A DNA stretch of 64,000 nucleotides, taken from NCBI GenBank assembly GCA_963786515.1, contig CAWAZM010000017.1:17832-81831 (forward strand), written 5' to 3'. Below the pieces are notes generated by a model that was given only the letters and a program-made list of their open reading frames with translations, made no database searches and was not told the origin of the DNA. Below are positions 29,065 to 39,370 of this stretch, piece after piece (position 1 is the stretch's first letter; each line of letters starts with the position of its first letter). The position numbers and the translations under genes are program-made. The stretch is from Vulcanimicrobiota bacterium. Its GTDB lineage: Bacteria; Vulcanimicrobiota; Vulcanimicrobiia; Vulcanimicrobiales; Vulcanimicrobiaceae.

Positions 29065-30336
29065 TTACATCGCTTTCACGTTCTTCGGCGATCCCCATCC
29101 GGCCGGTCCGGAGTAGGTGCCGAACTGACCCGTGCCGGCGGTGCACAGGTAGCTGCCACCGCAGCTGCCGTTGCTACCACTCTTGATCGTGTGGATGTCC
29201 TTCATCTTTTTCGCGGTCGGCAGCGACCAAACGTACTTGCCGCCATTCAGGTTCGCGGTATTGCCTGCGAGCGCAAGAACGCCACCGAGCAGCGGCGATG
29301 CCACGCTCGTGCCGCACTCAAAGAACCAACCGCCGTACAGACCTGAGTACATCGCGACTCCCGGCTGGCAACCAGCCTCGGCCGAAATGTCCGAATCGGT
29401 ACGTCCCGAGCAACCCGGGTCGGATTGCCACGACGGCTTCGAAACTGACGTTTCGCAGCCCGAGCCGGCGTCGTTCCACGCGGTTTCGGTGAACTTCTTA
29501 CCGCTCGTCTCTAACTGCGTTCCGCCAACCGCGAGAACGGTCGAAAGAACGGACGGGCCACCGATCTCGTTGTAGGCTTCGTCGCCCGACGAAGCGAGAA
29601 ACGTGACGCCGGTATTGTTAAAGGAGTTCGGGAAGTTCGAGTCGCCGCAATCCCAGTTGCCGTAGCAGATCCAGCTGTTGCTGATGATCTTGGCGCCGAG
29701 CTTCACTGCGGATTGATTCGCTGCTTCGAAGCCGGCGATCGATCCATCGGCTTCCATCAGGTCGATGGTGCATTTCGGACAAGTCGCCGACACCATGTCG
29801 AAGTCGAGCGCGGTTTCAACGCACCAACCAAAGTTTTGACAGCTCGACGGTAACCCGGTCGTTTGGCCGTTTTGGTTGTAGCGAGTGATGTTGGCCGTGC
29901 CGAGCCCGAACTGCGAACGATACGTCCCAATGTCGGAGGTCGCATTCGCGTAGTCGCCGGCCTCGATGATCGCGACTTGAATGCCATTGCCTTTGGCGAT
30001 CTGCTTCGCGTTTAAACCGTAGGCTTTCTGAATCTGCGCGGGCGTGAAGCCGCAGGTTGACGACGGGTTGCAGGCGGCGGGAACGGCGCCGTGGTTGAGG
30101 CCGCGTAGCGCTAAGCAGGTCGGCTTGCCGACAACTTGCGGGCACTCGGGACGCGCCAAACCCTTGGTCAGCCACTCGGGCTTCGCCGTGATCTGTCGAA
30201 CCGCCGCGAACGGTGTGGTGCCGGCGCCCGAAGCGGTCGTTCCAGGGACGCTTGCGGAACCACCGCCCGAACTACAGGCGGAAATCGCCAACGCCAATAA
30301 TGGCGCGACGACCTTAAGTAGTTTACTCATGGACAA
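29065..30336 (-). CDS. S53 serine peptidase lipoprotein, tandem copy 2
   Basis: Same motifs as copy 1. Long stretches are nearly identical at DNA level to copy 1, for example the shared tcgcagcccgagccggcgtcgttccacgcggtttcggt. Confidence 0.75.
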   Translation of the reverse strand: MSMSKLLKVVAPLLALAISACSSGGGSASVPGTTASGAGTTPFAAVRQITAKPEWLTKGLARPECPQVVGKPTCLALRGLNHGAVPAACNPSSTCGFTPAQIQKAYGLNAKQIAKGNGIQVAIIEAGDYANATSDIGTYRSQFGLGTANITRYNQNGQTTGLPSSCQNFGWCVETALDFDMVSATCPKCTIDLMEADGSIAGFEAANQSAVKLGAKIISNSWICYGNWDCGDSNFPNSFNNTGVTFLASSGDEAYNEIGGPSVLSTVLAVGGTQLETSGKKFTETAWNDAGSGCETSVSKPSWQSDPGCSGRTDSDISAEAGCQPGVAMYSGLYGGWFFECGTSVASPLLGGVLALAGNTANLNGGKYVWSLPTAKKMKDIHTIKSGSNGSCGGSYLCTAGTGQFGTYSGPAGWGSPKNVKAM

Positions 30337-30429
30337 CTCCTCAGGTTGAATAGTTTTTCCGATCGTAAAGACGAACTATTAGGAATCCCTAAAAAGACGC
30401 CTGCGACGCATGTGCTTTACTTACCAAGC
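30337..30429 (-). repeat. Conserved 5-prime leader/promoter segment of S53 copy 2
   Basis: Shares GAGGAGTTGTCC-ATG, ATTAGGAATCCCTAA-AAGACGCCTGCG and CTTACTTACCAAGC blocks with 31792-31889. Confidence 0.6.
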
Positions 30430-30473
30430 GCCAAATTCATGAATTTCTGCGCGCTCGCGCGACGCGGCGACAA

Positions 30474-30507
30474 ACGAAAAGGGCGAGCGCATTAGCGCCC
30501 GCCCTTC
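30474..30507 (-). terminator. Intrinsic terminator after S53 copy 3
   Basis: Minus-strand RNA GGGCGGGCGC-UAAU-GCGCUCGCCC followed by UUUUCGUUUG. Confidence 0.6.
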
Positions 30508-30531
30508 GCGGTTGTTTGGTTCGTTAGAACC

Positions 30532-31791
30532 TTACAGCGCCTTCACGTTCTTCGGCGAGCCCCATCCCGCAGGAGCGGAATAGTTGCCGAACTGACCGGT
30601 GCCGGCGGTGCACAGGTAGCTGCCACCGCAGCTGCCATTGTTACCGGTGAGAACCGGATGCAGACGCGCCTTCATTTGTTTGGCGCTCATGCTCCACACA
30701 TATTCGCCGCCATTCATTTTGGCCGCGTTGCCGGATAATGCTACGACGCCCGCCAGGAACGGCGAAGCGGCGCTCGTACCGCACTCGCCGATCCAGCCGC
30801 CGTAGAGGCCGGAATACATCGCGACGCCGGGTTGACAGCCGGATTCGGCCGAAATATCGCCGTCGGTACGGCTGGTGCAGCCGGGATCTTTTTGCCACGA
30901 CGGCTTGGGAACGTTTTCACCCACGACCGACGAGCTTCCGCAACCGGAGGAGGCGTCAGCCCAAACGCTTTCGGTGAAGTTCTTGCCGCTCGCTAAGAGT
31001 TGCGTGCCACCCACGCCGATGACGGTTGGCAACACCGACGGGCCGCCGATCGAGTTGTACGCGTAGTCGCCGGTGGAGGCTAAGTACGCAATACCCTTGC
31101 TGTTAAAGGCATTCGGGAAGTTGGGGTCGCCGCAGTCCCAGTTATTAGGGCAGCTGAAGCTGTTGCTCAGAACCGTAGCGCCGAGTTTCACGGCTTCTAC
31201 TTCGCTCGCTTCGATGTCGCCGATCGTGTCCTGGGCTTCCATAATGTAAATCGTACACTTCGGGCACGCTGCCGAAACCATGTCCATGTCGAGCGCAGTC
31301 TCGACGCACCAGCTGGCTTGTTGACAGCTCGGCGGGTAGTTTGATTGCTGGCCGGACGAGTTATAACGGTTCAAGGTCGCGGTGCCGAGGTTGTACTGAG
31401 AACGGTACGTCGCGAGATCGCTCGTGGCGGAAGCGTAATCGCCGACCTCGACAACGGCCACCTTGACGTTACCGCCATTGCCGAGCTTCTTGGTGAGATT
31501 GTAGGCACTCTGCAGTTGTTGCGCGGTGAAACCGCAGCTGGACGACGGACTACACGTAGCTGGTTGGATCCCGTCCTTCAGCACGCGAAGTGCCTGACAC
31601 ACCGGCTTGCCCGGGATGTTCGGGCATTCGGCCCGCGCCAGATGCTCCGATTGCCACTTTGGGACACCGGTGTGCACGCCGTTCGGCACCTGCGTCATGC
31701 CGGAAACCGGCACGCTAGAAGAACCGCCCGAACTACAGGCGGCAATCGTCAACGCCAATAATGGCGCGACGACTTTAAATAGTTTAGTCAT
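30532..31791 (-). CDS. S53 serine peptidase lipoprotein, tandem copy 3
   Basis: ATG at 31791 (MTKLFKVVAPLLALTIAACSS) behind a GAGGAG SD. VETALDMDM, STGDYAY, CGTSAASPFLAG. The longer 470-aa ORF start is rejected. Confidence 0.75.
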   Translation of the reverse strand: MTKLFKVVAPLLALTIAACSSGGSSSVPVSGMTQVPNGVHTGVPKWQSEHLARAECPNIPGKPVCQALRVLKDGIQPATCSPSSSCGFTAQQLQSAYNLTKKLGNGGNVKVAVVEVGDYASATSDLATYRSQYNLGTATLNRYNSSGQQSNYPPSCQQASWCVETALDMDMVSAACPKCTIYIMEAQDTIGDIEASEVEAVKLGATVLSNSFSCPNNWDCGDPNFPNAFNSKGIAYLASTGDYAYNSIGGPSVLPTVIGVGGTQLLASGKNFTESVWADASSGCGSSSVVGENVPKPSWQKDPGCTSRTDGDISAESGCQPGVAMYSGLYGGWIGECGTSAASPFLAGVVALSGNAAKMNGGEYVWSMSAKQMKARLHPVLTGNNGSCGGSYLCTAGTGQFGNYSAPAGWGSPKNVKAL

Positions 31792-31889
31792 GGACAACTC
31801 CTCAAGTTGATGTAGTTCCGGTCGTGAAAAAGCAATATTAGGAATCCCTAAGAAGACGCCTGCGGACCCAAGTGCCTTACTTACCAAGC
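31792..31889 (-). repeat. Conserved 5-prime leader/promoter segment of S53 copy 3
   Basis: See 30337-30429. About 95 nt is alignable by eye. Confidence 0.6.
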
Positions 31890-31938
31890 ACAAAAAGTAT
31901 GAAGGACTACGCCTCGCGGCGCGGCATGAATTCTTATC

Positions 31939-33270
31939 GTGCAACCTCGTTGTTTTTCGCTACTCCTGGCCGCGTCGCTCGCGTTTTCGGCCTGCTCGCA
32001 GTCGCCGTCGTTGCCGCTCCGCGGCGGCGCCGACGTACCGGTGGTGCTCGCTCCGACCGGGGCCGGCAAGATCGAACACGTCGTATGGGTGGTGCAAGAG
32101 AATCGCACCGTCGATAACTTGTTCCAGGGATATCCCGGCGCCGACACGGTGTCGAGCGGACAAGATTCAAGTGGCGACACGATCGCGCTGCAACCGGTAT
32201 CGCTGAAAACGCAGTACGAGATCGACCATTCTGCGTTTGCGATGTTTGAGGCATGCAACGGCACCGGCAAAGTGCCGGGTACCGATTGCCGGATGAACGG
32301 CTTCAATCGCGAGCAAGAAATCGGGGGACCGCAAGGCGCGCAGTATTCCTACGTTCCGCAGAAAGAAGCGCAGCCGTATTGGGACATGGCGCACGAGTGG
32401 GTGTTGGGAAACCGCATGTTCCCGTCGCAGCTGGACGAGAGTTTCGCAGCACATCAATACGTCATCGCGGCGCAGGCGCAGGGGAGCGTCAACGTTCCGA
32501 CGTCGCTGTGGGGTTGTCCGGGTGGCCCGAGCGATCGGGTGCAAACACTCGACCCAAAACGCGTGTACGGTCCCGAGCAGCGTCCCTGCTTCGATTATCA
32601 AACTCTGGGCGACGAACTCGACGCGGCCGGTCTGTCGTGGCGCTTTTACACAAGCCCGTATGAAGGCTCGGTGAGTGGATTCTGGTCGGGCTATCAGGCC
32701 GTACACCATATTTTTCGCGGGCCGGATTGGAACAAGGACGTGATCCACCCGCAGAAGCGATTTCTCGCGGACGTCGCCGCCGGTCACCTCGCTAGTATGA
32801 CGTGGATCACGCCGCTCTGTCGCGATTCCGATCATAGCTCGTGCGGCGGCGGCGGGGGGCCGTCGTGGGTGTCCTCGATCGTGAACGCGGTCGGTCAGAG
32901 CAAATTCTGGAATTCCACCGCGATCTTCGTGATTTGGGATGATTGGGGCGGATTATACGATCACGTGAAACCGCCGCACCTGGATTATGACGGTTTAGGT
33001 TTTCGAGTGCCGTTGCTCGTCATTTCGCCTTATGCGAAGAAAAACTACGTCTCGCACACGCAGTACGAAACCGCCAGCATGCTGCGATTCGCCGAAGATC
33101 TCTTCGGCCTAGCGCAACTGTCTGCTTCGGATGCGCGCGCTACCTCGCCGGCTGCCGATTGCTTCGATTTTAAGCAGAAGCCGCGCAAGTTCGTACCGAT
33201 TGCCGCGCCGCAAAAGGCGCAGTACTTCGCAAGCGAGCCCGCCGACGATCGCGTTCCCGACGCCGAATAA
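31939..33270 (+). CDS. Phosphoesterase-family lipoprotein (non-haemolytic phospholipase C / acid phosphatase AcpA type)
   Basis: GTG start, lipobox [28 protein letters not shown] signature, 443 aa. Confidence 0.75.
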   Translation: MQPRCFSLLLAASLAFSACSQSPSLPLRGGADVPVVLAPTGAGKIEHVVWVVQENRTVDNLFQGYPGADTVSSGQDSSGDTIALQPVSLKTQYEIDHSAFAMFEACNGTGKVPGTDCRMNGFNREQEIGGPQGAQYSYVPQKEAQPYWDMAHEWVLGNRMFPSQLDESFAAHQYVIAAQAQGSVNVPTSLWGCPGGPSDRVQTLDPKRVYGPEQRPCFDYQTLGDELDAAGLSWRFYTSPYEGSVSGFWSGYQAVHHIFRGPDWNKDVIHPQKRFLADVAAGHLASMTWITPLCRDSDHSSCGGGGGPSWVSSIVNAVGQSKFWNSTAIFVIWDDWGGLYDHVKPPHLDYDGLGFRVPLLVISPYAKKNYVSHTQYETASMLRFAEDLFGLAQLSASDARATSPAADCFDFKQKPRKFVPIAAPQKAQYFASEPADDRVPDAE

Positions 33271-33307
33271 GTGATGAACCGTCCCGTTCGGGGAACGGTT
33301 TGACGGT

Positions 33308-34756
33308 ATGAAGATCTTGGTGACCGGCGCAACCGGATATATCGGCGGCCTGCTGGCGCCGCGCTTACTTGAAGCCGGTCACTCCGTTCGATGCCTATCG
33401 CGCAACGCCGAGCGGCTCGCCGGCCGATTCCCGGGAGCCGAGATCGTCGACGGCGACGTGCTGGACGCCGACAGCCTGCGCGCGGCATTTGCGAATATCG
33501 ACATCGCATATTACCTCGTTCATTCCATGAGCGATTCGCGCAGTTTCGGCGAACGCGATCGCAGCGCGGCCGAAACCTTCGGCCGAGTCGCCCGCGAGTG
33601 CGGTGTCCGGCGCATCGTCTATCTGGGTGGTTTAGGCGCCGACGACGCGTCGCTCTCGCGCCATCTCGCGAGCCGTCACGAAGTCGGCGAGATTCTGCGC
33701 CACAGCGGTGTCGAAACGATCGAGTTCCGCGCGGCGATGATCATCGGAGCCGGGAGCATCTCGTTCGAGATGTTACGGTATCTCACCGAACGCTTGCCGA
33801 TGATGATCGCGCCGCGTTGGGTGATGTCGCGCTGCCAACCGATCGCTGTTGCAGACGTTTTGCGCTACCTGCTGCTCGCTCTCGACTTGCCGCGCGGCGG
33901 ATCGCGTATCTACGAGATCGGCGGCGCCGATGTCCTAACGTACCGCGACATGATGTTGCGCTATGCGCGACTGCGTAATCTCAAGCGTAAAATTATTATC
34001 GTGCCGTTTTTCACCCCGCGCCTTTCGTCGTATTGGGTGCATATCGTTACGCCGATCTCAGCACGTCTCGCGCAGCCGCTCATCTTAGGATTGAGCAACG
34101 AAGTGATCGTCCGCGACACTGCCGCGCAACGCGACTTCCCGCAAATCCAGCCGATCGGTTTCGATCCGGCGGTTTCGGACGCACTCGATCGCTATCGCAC
34201 GAGCGGCCCCGAAACGACCTGGTTCGACGCGTTCGATATTCGCAAGCTCCCGGCCACGTTTGCCGGGGCGCGCGAAGGTATGCTGATCGATCGGCGCGAG
34301 CGCATCGCCAACGCAACGCCGCGCAAGGTAGCCTCGGTCTTCATGCGGTTGGGGGGAGCGCAAGGCTGGTTATACGGCGACCGTCTGTGGCGAGTTCGCG
34401 GCTGGCTCGACCGTCTCGTCGGCGGCGTCGGATTGCGTCGAGGACGTCGTAGCGGCACGGATTTGCGGGTCGGCGACGCGGTCGATTTTTGGCGCGTCGA
34501 CGCGATCACTCCCGACCGTCTGTTACGGCTGCGCGCGGAAATGAAGCTCCCGGGAAAAGCCTGGCTGGAATTCGATGCAGAAGATATCGGTAGCGGCCGG
34601 ACGCGCCTCACGCAAACGGCATTTTACGAACCGCGCGGTCTAGCCGGTTTCCTGTATTGGTACGTCGTGTTTCCGTTCCACGGCCTCATCTTCGGAAACA
34701 TGGCCTCGCGAATTGCGGCTCTCGCCGAGCAACCCGAACTTAGCGCAACCGCGTAG
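33308..34756 (+). CDS. NAD(P)-binding (NmrA/SDR-like) protein with a DUF2867-type C-terminal domain
   Basis: MKILVTGATGYIGGLLAPRLL Rossmann motif. 482 aa, two-domain layout. Confidence 0.7.
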   Translation: MKILVTGATGYIGGLLAPRLLEAGHSVRCLSRNAERLAGRFPGAEIVDGDVLDADSLRAAFANIDIAYYLVHSMSDSRSFGERDRSAAETFGRVARECGVRRIVYLGGLGADDASLSRHLASRHEVGEILRHSGVETIEFRAAMIIGAGSISFEMLRYLTERLPMMIAPRWVMSRCQPIAVADVLRYLLLALDLPRGGSRIYEIGGADVLTYRDMMLRYARLRNLKRKIIIVPFFTPRLSSYWVHIVTPISARLAQPLILGLSNEVIVRDTAAQRDFPQIQPIGFDPAVSDALDRYRTSGPETTWFDAFDIRKLPATFAGAREGMLIDRRERIANATPRKVASVFMRLGGAQGWLYGDRLWRVRGWLDRLVGGVGLRRGRRSGTDLRVGDAVDFWRVDAITPDRLLRLRAEMKLPGKAWLEFDAEDIGSGRTRLTQTAFYEPRGLAGFLYWYVVFPFHGLIFGNMASRIAALAEQPELSATA

Positions 34757-35939
34757 AGCCCGTCGACCGCAACGTCGACGTCGGCAGTACTAACTGCGAA
34801 AGAAGAAGGCCCGCGACGATTTGAATAGCTGCGACGACTGCGTTTCCGGCCAGAATGAGCGCGTTGTCGATGTTGTGGTTGAAGGCGAACAGCACGCTCT
34901 CGTAACTCAAGCTGCCGGGAACTAACACGATGAGCGCCGGCACGAGCATGATGGCCTGCGGAACGCGCAGGAAGCGCGCGCCGAGATTGGCGACCACGCC
35001 GCAGAAGAAGGCGGCTAAAAACGCCGACACCGCGTGCGCCGATGTTGCCGCCAACACGTGGGTCATCAAGAGCGCAACGAAGCTCGACGCGAACACCCAC
35101 ACCACGTCGCGCAGGCGCGCGTCCAGATTGACCGATATGCCGATCGCCATAGCAATCGACGCAACGAACCACCATAGCGCGGGGACCGGATGCGTCGCCG
35201 CCGTTCCCATGCTCGCAACCCACGGCACGCACGCCAACCCGAGAAACGCGCCGCAACCCAACGCCAGCAGCACCGATAGAACGCGTCCCAATCGTGCCAC
35301 GCCGGCCACTAAGAAATCGTTCGCCAACTCGTGCAGCGCCAGCGTCAACGTGTAACCGGGTAGCAAGACGACGATGCCGGCAATCAGCGACACAAACATG
35401 TTGGTCGGTCCGAAAAACCTCGTGTAGAGCGCGACGATCAGCGTCGCGGCAAACGCTGCAGCGACGGCGAACAAACGCGCGATTACCGCGTTGCGCGACG
35501 CGAGGCTACTCAGTATGCCGGTGCAGATACCGATCGACGTTGCCACGACGATCTCGTGCGGGCCGCCACCGAGAATCAGCGCGACCGCCACTGCGATGAG
35601 TGCGAGGGCTGGGATTTCGAGCCACGCGGGCAAGCTCGGCCAACGCTGATCGACCTCGGATAGCAAACGCGTCGCACCGTCGTAATCGATGGCGCCGGCT
35701 CGAAGCGAATCGTAAATGTTCGTGAGCAGCGCGATCTTGCGTAAGCTGACGCGCCCCGGTTCGAGGCGCATCATCAACGTTCGCTGCTGCCAGTTGGGTC
35801 CGATCGCGATCGTTATGTAGGTGGGTAGGGCGAAGATCTGTGCGTCCAACCCGATCGACGCTGCCGTTTCGGTCAGCGTCTGTTCGATTGCATCGGTTGC
35901 GATGCCGGCCCGGTGCAGTTCGCGACCCAGGGTCGACAA
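34740..35939 (-). CDS. ThrE-family (threonine/serine exporter-like) membrane protein
   Basis: Soluble N-terminal region followed by about 10 TM helices with the ThrE two-part layout. The N-terminus may be longer (TTG start). Confidence 0.6.
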   Translation of the reverse strand: MSTLGRELHRAGIATDAIEQTLTETAASIGLDAQIFALPTYITIAIGPNWQQRTLMMRLEPGRVSLRKIALLTNIYDSLRAGAIDYDGATRLLSEVDQRWPSLPAWLEIPALALIAVAVALILGGGPHEIVVATSIGICTGILSSLASRNAVIARLFAVAAAFAATLIVALYTRFFGPTNMFVSLIAGIVVLLPGYTLTLALHELANDFLVAGVARLGRVLSVLLALGCGAFLGLACVPWVASMGTAATHPVPALWWFVASIAMAIGISVNLDARLRDVVWVFASSFVALLMTHVLAATSAHAVSAFLAAFFCGVVANLGARFLRVPQAIMLVPALIVLVPGSLSYESVLFAFNHNIDNALILAGNAVVAAIQIVAGLLLSQLVLPTSTLRSTGSTRLR

Positions 35940-35983
35940 AAAGACTTCGCGCGGATCGGGAGCGCCAAAGACGCTCGAAGAGC

Positions 35984-36295
35984 TTACTTCTTGGCGGTCT
36001 TGCGGCCGGTCTTCGATTTCGTGCTCTTCGCCTTCACCGGCTTGGCCGGGGCGGCGGCGGCGCGTGTGATCGCCTTCGACAAGCGCGATTTCTTGCGCGC
36101 AGCCTTATTCGGGTGAATGATGCCCTTCGAGGCAGCCGAATCGAAGGCGCCTTCGACGGTCGCCGTCGTCTGCGCATCCGCCGCGGTAACGGCCTTCTTG
36201 AAGAGGGTCTTCAGACGGCTGTTGGCATCACGATTACGAATCGTGCGCGTCTCGGACTGGCGCATCCACTTCTCGGCGGCTTTGATATTGGGCAA
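35984..36295 (-). CDS. rpsT: 30S ribosomal protein S20
   Basis: MPNIKAAEKWMRQSETRTIRNRDANSRLKT..., basic, 103 aa. Confidence 0.9.
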   Translation of the reverse strand: MPNIKAAEKWMRQSETRTIRNRDANSRLKTLFKKAVTAADAQTTATVEGAFDSAASKGIIHPNKAARKKSRLSKAITRAAAAPAKPVKAKSTKSKTGRKTAKK

Positions 36296-36376
36296 ATTTG
36301 GCTCTCTTTCGTGCGGTAACGACGGCGTGAAGTATATCAGCCGCGCGGTTTTGTGTCTAGGGAGCTCGGTCGGGCC

Positions 36377-37309
36377 CTAACGGTCTTCCTTAGCTAAGAT
36401 GGCCCGGAAGCTGTCGTAGCGGCTCGCCGCGATCGTTCCGGCGCCCACGGCCTCGCGGATCGCGCAGCCCGGCTCTTGCATATGGCGGCAATCGGTGAAG
36501 CGGCAATGCTGTTGCGGTTCGGCCATCTCGCGAAAGCCGAGCGCCAGCTCCCGCGGCTCGAGCAAGCCGAGCCCGAACTCGTTCAGGCCGGGGCTGTCGA
36601 TCAGAAATCCGCCGGGGGTGCGGTACAGTCGTGCGGCCGTCGTGGTCTGCCGGCCCATGCCGTAGCGCGAAACATTTCCGACGGTCGCCTCGCCGCCGAG
36701 GGCGCTAAAGATCGTGCTCTTCCCGACGCCCGAGTTGCCGGCCAGTAGTGCGCGCTTGCCCGCCATCAGCTCGCGTAGCGCGTCAACGTTCTGGCCCTGT
36801 TTGGGGTTGATAACCACGGTCGTGTACCCCAGCCGGCCGTACAGCGCGGCCAATTCCTTGGCTTGTTCGGGTGGCGCGAGGTCCGGTTTCGTGAAGACGG
36901 CCGCGGCATCGAGGTCTTGCAGCTCGGCGAAAGCCAGCAACTGATCGAGCGTCGGCAGGCGCGGGGCCGGATTTGCCAGCGCCGTGACGGTGACCAGCAA
37001 ATCCAAATTGGCTGCCATCGTCTTCGAGCGGCCTTCCGACGTCTGGCGCTGGAGCGTCATGCTGCGTTCTTCCATGCCGTCAACCACTACGTCGCCATCT
37101 TCCAGCGTTCGCACGTGCAGCACGTCGCCGGGTACCGGCATCGACCGCTTGCCGGTCATGCGTTTCAGTTGCGCGATGCGTGGAGCGTCTTCGCCCTCGA
37201 TCGAAACCCACGCCGAGTTTTTGCCCGTCGATACGACGAGCGCGTTACAGCGTTCGCCTACGCGCAAGATTGCAATGCGTTCGCGCCTAACGAAGTGGGT
37301 ATCGTGCAA
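36377..37309 (-). CDS. rsgA: Ribosome small-subunit-dependent GTPase A
   Basis: LLAGNSGVGKSTIFSAL, zinc motif CRFTDCRHMQEPGCAI. TTG start is uncertain. Confidence 0.9.
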   Translation of the reverse strand: MHDTHFVRRERIAILRVGERCNALVVSTGKNSAWVSIEGEDAPRIAQLKRMTGKRSMPVPGDVLHVRTLEDGDVVVDGMEERSMTLQRQTSEGRSKTMAANLDLLVTVTALANPAPRLPTLDQLLAFAELQDLDAAAVFTKPDLAPPEQAKELAALYGRLGYTTVVINPKQGQNVDALRELMAGKRALLAGNSGVGKSTIFSALGGEATVGNVSRYGMGRQTTTAARLYRTPGGFLIDSPGLNEFGLGLLEPRELALGFREMAEPQQHCRFTDCRHMQEPGCAIREAVGAGTIAASRYDSFRAILAKEDR

Positions 37310-37315
37310 TATCGC

Positions 37316-37843
37316 ATGCTACGAGGCAATTCGCTCGACGTCAACCGGCGCGCCGCAATCGACGCGGGCATCGCTCTGCGCGGCGGCGTTGCGCACTGGC
37401 GCGTCTCGCCGGACGTCAACCGCGCGTACGCGTTGGTCGAATTTCCCGGCGATGGAGATACGCCGGCAATCGAAACCGATGCTTCGTTCACCGAGTCTGC
37501 GCCCATCATTGCATTGGCTGTTTACCCTGCCGTCGCCGAAGCCTTGCCGTCGCTGATCGAGGTGCTGGACGGACCGGGGCGTCCGTCGGGGGTTCTCGGA
37601 TGCAGTGCCTCGGGTGGTGCGGCCGTCCTCGAGTGGGACCTCGACCGAACGCCTGCTACCTTGGTGCTCGATCTGATCGACACCGAACTCGACCGCTTTC
37701 ACAGCGGCCGCCGCACCGAGTTGCTGACGCCGCTCACCGAAACGTGGCTGGCCAAGATCGCAGCCGACGGGCTGCATTGCCCCGAGATTGCGGCGGATCG
37801 TATTCTCGAGACGCTCGTAACCAAGGCTGGTCTCGATGTTTGA
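37316..37843 (+). CDS. Hypothetical protein, first gene of the cdaA operon
   Basis: 175-aa ORF whose stop overlaps the cdaA ATG by 8 nt. The 5-prime part of ORF 36863-37843 is antisense shadow of rsgA. Confidence 0.45.
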   Translation: MLRGNSLDVNRRAAIDAGIALRGGVAHWRVSPDVNRAYALVEFPGDGDTPAIETDASFTESAPIIALAVYPAVAEALPSLIEVLDGPGRPSGVLGCSASGGAAVLEWDLDRTPATLVLDLIDTELDRFHSGRRTELLTPLTETWLAKIAADGLHCPEIAADRILETLVTKAGLDV

Positions 37844-38729
37844 GTCGCTACGATCGTATATCGGCATCACCGATCTCCTCGACATCGCCGTCACCGGCGT
37901 GTTGGTGTACTATTTGCTGCTGCTCATTCGCGGTACGCGAGCGGTGCAAATTCTCATGGGCATCATCGTGCTCTTGGCGATTCTCGGTATCGCCAACGTC
38001 TTGCACTTATATCTCCTCGTTACGATTCTGCAGCTGGTGGTCGTCGGCGCCGCCGTCACGATTCCGATCGTCTTTCAACCCGAGTTGCGGCGCGCGCTCG
38101 AGCAGATCGGCCGCGGCGGCGTGTTTCGAATCGACGCCGACGACCCGCTGTCGCGCGTCATCACGCGACCCGAAGATCGCTCGCTCGCACTCCTCGCTCG
38201 TGCTGCATTTCTGCTGTCGCGCAACAAAATCGGCGCGCTGATCGCGGTCGAACAACACAGCGGCCTCAAAGAATTCTGCGAAACCGGAACGCAGCTCAAC
38301 GCGGAATTGACGGTCGAACTGTTACTGACGATCTTCACGCCTCGCTCGCCGCTCCACGACGGCGCGGTGATCGTGCGCGACAACCGTATCATCGCAGCCG
38401 GCTGCTTTTTACCGCTGGCCGAGCATTCGTTTACCGCGCGCGTCGGCACGCGCCACCGAGCGGCGATCGGGTTGAGCGAACAAACCGACGCCGTCGTCAT
38501 CATCGTTTCCGAGGAGAGCGGCGGCGTATCGATCGCGCGTGACGGCAAACTCACGCGTCCGGTCGAAGAAGAACAGCGCCTGACAAAAATGTTGATGGCC
38601 GTCACCCGCCCGGCACGCCGCGATCGCCGCTCGCCCAACGATCTCGTTTCACATTTACGTTCGCGCCTGTCGTCGCGCCGCGTGCGCGAGGCCCCACATG
38701 CAGATCATCCGCAAGAACTTCACTCTTAA
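37836..38729 (+). CDS. cdaA: Diadenylate cyclase, membrane-bound CdaA type
   Basis: Three N-terminal TM helices, then a DAC domain: GALIAVE ... PLHDGAVIV ... GTRHRAAIGLSEQTDAVVIIVSEESG. Confidence 0.9.
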   Translation: MFESLRSYIGITDLLDIAVTGVLVYYLLLLIRGTRAVQILMGIIVLLAILGIANVLHLYLLVTILQLVVVGAAVTIPIVFQPELRRALEQIGRGGVFRIDADDPLSRVITRPEDRSLALLARAAFLLSRNKIGALIAVEQHSGLKEFCETGTQLNAELTVELLLTIFTPRSPLHDGAVIVRDNRIIAAGCFLPLAEHSFTARVGTRHRAAIGLSEQTDAVVIIVSEESGGVSIARDGKLTRPVEEEQRLTKMLMAVTRPARRDRRSPNDLVSHLRSRLSSRRVREAPHADHPQELHS

Positions 38730-39370
38730 AGTTCTGGCGCTGACGCTGGCGATCGTCGGCTGGGCGTACGTGCGATTCGCGACCAATCCGGTCGTGGCGA
38801 CCGCACGTTTCGACCAGCAAATGTCGGTACCGATCACGAGCGTAAACCTTACCGCCGGGTACGTCGCGCATTTTACCGACCGCGAAGCCGTGGTCACCGT
38901 CGCGCCCCGGCGCGGCGAAGCCGCGATCAAACCCGAAGAAATTAAGGCCGTGCTGGATCTCGCCGGCAAAGGCGCGGGCGTCTACAACGTGCCGGTCGCG
39001 TTGGTCGCGCCGCAGATCGTCGTGCAGAGTTTGAGCCCGGCGTCGGTGACCCTGACGATCGAAAAGATCGAGTCGCGCGACTTTCCCTTGGCCGTCCACT
39101 ACGTCGGCGATCTGCAAGAACGTCGTGGTTGCCGGGACGCAGCTCAAGCCGTCGATCGTCGCGATACAGGGCACGACCACCGCGCTGGAACAAGTCGCGG
39201 CGGTGCACGCCGACATCACCCTGCCCGAGCAAGCCCGTTCGGTCGACGAAATGGTCAGGCCGGTGCCGATCAACGCGGCCGGAGCCGAAGTGCTCGGCCT
39301 GCAGGTCGCGCCCGACCTGGTGCGCGTTCGCCTGCGGCTGACGCCCGGCACCGGGCAACCGCCTCGATGA
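38698..39370 (+). pseudogene. cdaR: CdaR (YbbR-domain) regulator of CdaA, one frame break near 39105-39125
   Basis: TM helix plus YbbR-like repeats in ORF 38698-39471 up to LAVHYVGDLQ. It then continues as VVVAGTQLKPSIVAIQGTT... in ORF 39125-39370. Stop overlaps the glmM ATG. Confidence 0.7.

Noticed and set aside
30337-30429. A structured RNA or riboswitch in the conserved S53 leader
   Set aside because: The conservation between the two copies is explained by duplication of the cassette. I could not fold a convincing conserved hairpin, since GACGCCTGCGACGC is a direct rather than an inverted repeat.
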